This document shows, piece by piece, positions 59,987 to 64,000 of a DNA stretch of 64,000 nucleotides. Under the pieces are notes generated by a model that saw nothing but the letters and a program-made list of their open reading frames with translations, made no database searches and was not told the DNA's origin. Position numbers and translations under genes: made by a program. How positions within the stretch are numbered: position 1 is the first letter of the stretch; every line of letters starts with the position of its first letter. This stretch comes from an uncultured cyanobacterium (GTDB lineage: Bacteria > Cyanobacteriota > Cyanobacteriia > PCC-6307 > Cyanobiaceae). Location: NCBI GenBank assembly GCA_963765575.1, contig CAVXWZ010000001.1, positions 224,001-288,000 on the forward strand. Direction: 5' to 3'.

Positions 59987-60832
59987 GTGGCGCGGGAGTG
60001 GCGACGGTTGCTGGTGCCCCCCGAGCGGCTGGCTGCCGCCTCAGCGGGGCCGCGGCAGGGCAGCGGAGCGGCGTTGGCGCTGGAGCCGTCCGAACTGCAC
60101 TACCTGCGCCGGGTGCTGCGGCTGCGCCCCGGTCAACGCCTGGCGCTGGTGGATGGGGCCGGCCATCTCTGGAGTGCCACCCTGGCTGCCGCTGAAGGGG
60201 CCGCTGGCCATCGCGGTGGCGCCGTGCTCGAGCAGCCGCTGCAGCGGCCCCTGCTCAGCGAGCCTCCCCCCGCCCCTGCCCTGCAGCTGGCGGTGGCCCT
60301 GCCCCGCCAGGACGCCGATGTGCTGCTGCGCATGGCCTGCGAGCTGGGCATCGATCGCTTCACGCCCCTGAAGGCGGCGCGCAGCGCCGCGGCCGAACCG
60401 CTGCGACCCCAGCGTCAGAGCGCGATCCTGCGGGAGGCGCTGGAGCAGTGCGAGCGGCTGTGGCTGCCCCGCCTCGACGCTGTCCAGGCCGCCGTTGCGG
60501 TGCTGGCGCCGCCAGCGCCAGGGGCCAGCGCCGCCGCGCAGTTGCGGCTGCTGGCCACCACCCGCCGGGCCGGTCTGCCGTCCCTGGAGCAGTGCCTGCA
60601 GGCGAGCCCGCCAGAGCTGCGGGCGGGCACGGTGGTGGTGGCGATCGGCCCTGAGGGTGGCTGGACCCCCGAGGAGGAGCAGGCGGCCGAAACGGCGGGC
60701 TGGCGGCCGGTGCATCTGGGGGGGGCGATCCTGCGCACCTCCACCGCCGCCATAACCGCCGCCGCCCTGCTGAGCGCCTGGCGCCGGGGGCTGGCCGTCA
60801 GCTGCGGAACATCTCGTCCACCATCCCCTTGA
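59987..60832 (+). CDS. rsmE: 16S rRNA m3U1498 methyltransferase
   Basis: HYLRRVLRL, EALEQCER, IGPEGGW, LGGAILRTSTA. Confidence 0.93.
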   Translation: MAREWRRLLVPPERLAAASAGPRQGSGAALALEPSELHYLRRVLRLRPGQRLALVDGAGHLWSATLAAAEGAAGHRGGAVLEQPLQRPLLSEPPPAPALQLAVALPRQDADVLLRMACELGIDRFTPLKAARSAAAEPLRPQRQSAILREALEQCERLWLPRLDAVQAAVAVLAPPAPGASAAAQLRLLATTRRAGLPSLEQCLQASPPELRAGTVVVAIGPEGGWTPEEEQAAETAGWRPVHLGGAILRTSTAAITAAALLSAWRRGLAVSCGTSRPPSP

Positions 60833-61271
60833 ACAGGCCCAGGTTGGCGCCGGCGCGGCGGCGGCTGGTGGGCACCGCATTGGCTGGATTGAGGCAGTCC
60901 GGCGCGAAGGTGACCGTGCTGGGAGTGGGTTGGGCCTCCTGGGCCGCCCGCAGCTCGGCGGCCATCGCCTCGGCGGTGGTGAGCGCCGGCTGAGCGCCGG
61001 AGGCTGCTGCTGCCACGGCAACTGCCGCTGCCACGGCAACTGGCGCTGCGGCCGGCTCGCTCGTGGTCGCGGGTTGCTGAGCGGCGGCGGGCGGCATGGC
61101 CTCGGGCTGGGCCGGCGGCTGGCTGGGAGCGGCCGCTGGCTTGCTCTCTGGGGACGGACTCTGGGGGGGCTTGCTCGCCAGGGGGTCAGCCTCGGCGGGT
61201 TTGCCGCCGGCGTTGCTGAGGTCGAGGAAGAAGGGGCTCTTGCGCTTGAAGATCATCGACACCACCAACAC
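60798..61271 (-). CDS. Pro/Ala-rich hypothetical protein
   Basis: IFKRKSPFFLDL; VTFAPDCL...RRRAGANLGLFKGMV; start uncertain. Confidence 0.6.
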   Translation of the reverse strand: MLVVSMIFKRKSPFFLDLSNAGGKPAEADPLASKPPQSPSPESKPAAAPSQPPAQPEAMPPAAAQQPATTSEPAAAPVAVAAAVAVAAAASGAQPALTTAEAMAAELRAAQEAQPTPSTVTFAPDCLNPANAVPTSRRRAGANLGLFKGMVDEMFRS

Positions 61272-61355
61272 GTGGGGCGATTATCCGCCGTCACGGGGCC
61301 CCATCGAACCCGCGCTTACGGGTGTGCAACACACTGGGGCCCCGCCGCTGCCGCC

Positions 61356-62177
61356 GTGCTGCCCCTGCTCCCCGCTGCCTTCGCCCTCGCTGGCTTCAGT
61401 CCGGCGGCCCTGCCGGCACCCCAGCAGCCGCTGGCCTGGCTGATCGCCCTGGCGCTCAACGCCGTGCTGATCGGCCTGGCCCAGCGCCTGCCCCTGCTCA
61501 CCCCCGCCGGCTGGGTGCATGCCGGCATCCTCGGCACCGTGCTCTGGGGCTGTCTGGGCCCGCGCGGCTGGCTGGCGGTGGTGGGCTATCTGCTGCTCGG
61601 CTCGCTGGTCACCCGGCTGGGACTGCGCCGCAAGCGCGAGCAGGGGCTGGCCGAGGCCCGTGGTGGCCGCCGCGGGCCGGAGAACGTCTGGGGCTCGGCC
61701 GCCACCGGCGCCCTGCTGGCGATGGCCATCCCCCTGGCGCCGCCGGCCTGGACGCCCCTGCTGCTGGTGGGCTTCATCGCCAGCTTCGCCGCCAAGCTGG
61801 CGGACACCTGCGGCAGCGAGATCGGCAAGCGCTGGGGCCGTCACACCGTGCTGATCACCAACCTGCGGCCGGTGCCGCCCGGCACCGAGGGGGCGATCAG
61901 CCTGGAGGGCACCCTCGCCAGCCTGGTGGGCAGCGTGGTGATGGTGCTGCTGGCCCTGGCCCTGGGTCTGCTGCCCGGTCCCCCGCCCGCGCTCACCGCG
62001 GCCGCCGCCGCGCTGGTCGCCGGGGTGGGCCTGGTGGCCACGCTGCTGGAGAGCGTGATCGGCGCCACGGCCCAGAACCGCTTCAGCTGGCTCAGCAACG
62101 AGCTGGTGAACGCCCTTCAGACCGCCGTTGCCGCGCTGCTGGCGATGCTGGTCTGGAGCGCGCTGGCGCTGGCCTGA
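61356..62177 (+). CDS. DUF92/TIGR00297 membrane protein
   Basis: RRGPENVWGS, KLADTCGSEIG, VPPGTEGAISLEGT, SNELVN. Confidence 0.92.
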   Translation: MLPLLPAAFALAGFSPAALPAPQQPLAWLIALALNAVLIGLAQRLPLLTPAGWVHAGILGTVLWGCLGPRGWLAVVGYLLLGSLVTRLGLRRKREQGLAEARGGRRGPENVWGSAATGALLAMAIPLAPPAWTPLLLVGFIASFAAKLADTCGSEIGKRWGRHTVLITNLRPVPPGTEGAISLEGTLASLVGSVVMVLLALALGLLPGPPPALTAAAAALVAGVGLVATLLESVIGATAQNRFSWLSNELVNALQTAVAALLAMLVWSALALA

Positions 62178-63046
62178 TCCCCGGGGGCGGCGTCCCGCAG
62201 TGCCCTCAGCAGCGCCTCGGCCCGCCGCCGACACTCGGCGGCGGCGCAGTCCTGCTGCAGGCCGAGCTCCCGCCAGCTCAGGCCATCGATCCAGCGGCCC
62301 TCCAGCAGCTCCCGCTCTGCCGGAGTGAGCCGCCGCAGCTGGCGCTGCAGCCAGCCGCGCTGGGGATCGCAGTTCCCGGCGCCGCCCGGTTGGCAGGGGG
62401 CGACGAGCCGATCCAGCCGCGTCAGCGCGCTGTCGTCGCCGCTGCCCGGGGCGGGTTGATCGAGGCTGCTGACGCCCAGCGCCACCTTCACTCGGCCCGC
62501 CTCCTCCAGCCGCTCCAGGCTGCAGCCCAGGGCAGCGGCCAGCTCGGCGGCGCTGAGGGCGCTCAGGCCCGCGCCCCGCCGTTGCTCCGTCAGCTTCTCG
62601 GCACGGCGCTGCAGCTCCCGCAGCCGCCTGGGGGTGTGCAGGGGCTGGTCGCGATCGCGTTGCTCCTGGAGCATGGCGCCGCGGATGTAGGGCACCGCAA
62701 AGGTGCTCAGCGCCACGCCGCGGCCGGCATCAAAGCCCTCCACCGCCCGGATCAAGCCCAGGCAGCCGTTGGCGAAGAGTTCATCGAAGGGCCTGCCGGT
62801 GCGCTGGCTCTCGCGGTTCGCCACCAGCCGCACCAGGGCCAGGTTGCTCACCACCAGCGCATTGCGCCAGTGCAGCCGCGCGTCGCAGGCGTGGCTGCGG
62901 CCCAGGCGTTGCAGCAGCAGGCGGTTGCGTTGGTGGTGCCCGTCCACCGTGGTGGCGGGGACGCGGCGGCCAGGACGGTGAGGTGGGTGCGGGAGCTGGC
63001 TTGCACTTGTGCTGGTCTGGTCGGAGCGGCAACGTGAGGCGGTCAT
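62117..63046 (-). CDS. Alternative sigma-70 factor (SigF-like)
   Basis: RNALVVSNLALVRLVA, GCLGLIRAVEGFD, STFAVPYIRG, SSLD; start uncertain. Confidence 0.88.
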   Translation of the reverse strand: MTASRCRSDQTSTSASQLPHPPHRPGRRVPATTVDGHHQRNRLLLQRLGRSHACDARLHWRNALVVSNLALVRLVANRESQRTGRPFDELFANGCLGLIRAVEGFDAGRGVALSTFAVPYIRGAMLQEQRDRDQPLHTPRRLRELQRRAEKLTEQRRGAGLSALSAAELAAALGCSLERLEEAGRVKVALGVSSLDQPAPGSGDDSALTRLDRLVAPCQPGGAGNCDPQRGWLQRQLRRLTPAERELLEGRWIDGLSWRELGLQQDCAAAECRRRAEALLRALRDAAPGDQASASALQTSIASSAATAV

Positions 63047-63183
63047 GGCCGAATGACGATGGGGATCGTCTCCTCACCGTTCTCCTGTCCATCAGCCGTT
63101 GCGTCACCGCCGCCGGTGGGATCGTTCACCCGATTGGGTGATGACTGCTCAGCGCCAGCCCTCAGTTCAGCGCGGGGTTCAGT

Positions 63184-63909
63184 TCAGCGCGGGGTTTTCA
63201 GCGCAGTGGTGAGCTGCAGGGGGTGGAGATCGGCCCACTCCAGCAGCGCCGGCCACTGGCGCACCCGCTCGTACACCTGGCGGTGCCCCTCACTGTTGAG
63301 GTGTAGGCCGTCGCCGCAGAGCCAGTCGGGCCAGTGGGGATCGGCGAGCAGGTCTTCGAGCAGGGGCAGGAAGGGCGCACCGGCCTCCAGGCAGGCCTCC
63401 TCCAGCAGCCGCTCGTAGCGGCGCACCTGCTCGAGGCCATACCAGAGCACCTCGGCGAAGGGCATGGCCTCCTCCAGCACCGGCGTCAGCCCCAGCACCA
63501 GCACCGGCGCCGTGCTCAGCGCCCGCTCCAGCACCCGCTCAAGACCGAACAGAAAACCCTCCGGCTCCAGCTGGGGGCGGCCATCGGGGTGCCCCACCCG
63601 GGCGCTGTCGTTGAGGCCCGTCGCCAGCAGGATTCCCTGGGGCTGCTGGCGGCGCAGCTCACCGCGACAGGCCACCTCCGCCTGCAGCCGGGCCGCCACC
63701 CGCTCCAGGCCATCGCCGCGCACCCCCAGCGGGTAGAGCACCGGCGCCACCGGCAGGCCCATCCAGTGGCGCCGCAACCGTTCGCACCAGCCCCCCTCCA
63801 GCGGATCGCCCCAGCCGTACACACCGCTGTCGCCCAGCACGATCAGCTTGCGGGGCACGGCGGCGGGCATCGGCGCGGCAGCGGGCAGGGTCACGGCCCG
63901 ATCCTGCAT
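63184..63909 (-). CDS. GDSL/SGNH hydrolase
   Basis: LGDSGVYGWGD, GLND, DGLHLN. Confidence 0.92.
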   Translation of the reverse strand: MQDRAVTLPAAAPMPAAVPRKLIVLGDSGVYGWGDPLEGGWCERLRRHWMGLPVAPVLYPLGVRGDGLERVAARLQAEVACRGELRRQQPQGILLATGLNDSARVGHPDGRPQLEPEGFLFGLERVLERALSTAPVLVLGLTPVLEEAMPFAEVLWYGLEQVRRYERLLEEACLEAGAPFLPLLEDLLADPHWPDWLCGDGLHLNSEGHRQVYERVRQWPALLEWADLHPLQLTTALKTPR

Positions 63910-64000
63910 CAGCCATGCCCCGGCCGTCTGTTGGCCAGCCGGGCAGCATGGCCCCATGGTGAGGGCAACGGCACTGGCACTGGCACTGGCAACGGCAATG

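Noticed and set aside
61008..61045. 18-bp tandem repeat
   Set aside because: Encodes VAVAAA twice in a low-complexity linker; unremarkable.
63966..64000. GGCACT hexamer repeat at the window end
   Set aside because: Only three to four copies, probably low-complexity coding of a gene beyond the window; cannot be assessed.

Overview
GC-rich picocyanobacterial DNA, most likely Cyanobium or freshwater/brackish Synechococcus (HLIPs, AbrB-like regulator, CPP1-like, DUF3531, class II nrdJ). Layout: 1-15.6 kb is a patchwork of small accessory and stress genes. 15.7-33.9 kb is an all-minus-strand defence island: RecQ-PRTase plus DprA (RqlHI-like), a small RNase-like ORF coupled to an HsdM-HsdS-like fusion with degenerate catalytic motifs, a complete type I R-M locus with DUF262 and DUF4062 cargo between hsdS and hsdR, an M48/YgjP protein and ArdC. 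34-39 kb holds an hli cluster, rbp, DoxX and an S8 protease next to tRNA-Ser(TGA). 39-49.6 kb has more accessory genes, including an NblA-like ORF and a 268-bp tandem duplication of a candidate ~39-nt sRNA with an HLR1-like promoter facing a 57-aa membrane-protein gene. 49.7-64 kb is mostly core genes (nrdJ, adenylate cyclase, prfC, hslO, rsmE, sigma factor). The two best leads are the putative decoy-methyltransferase/toxin pair and the duplicated sRNA/microprotein unit. Many genes, including nrdJ, carry single-base frameshifts, so much apparent pseudogenisation is probably consensus error. All family calls come from motif recognition by eye; no searches were run.
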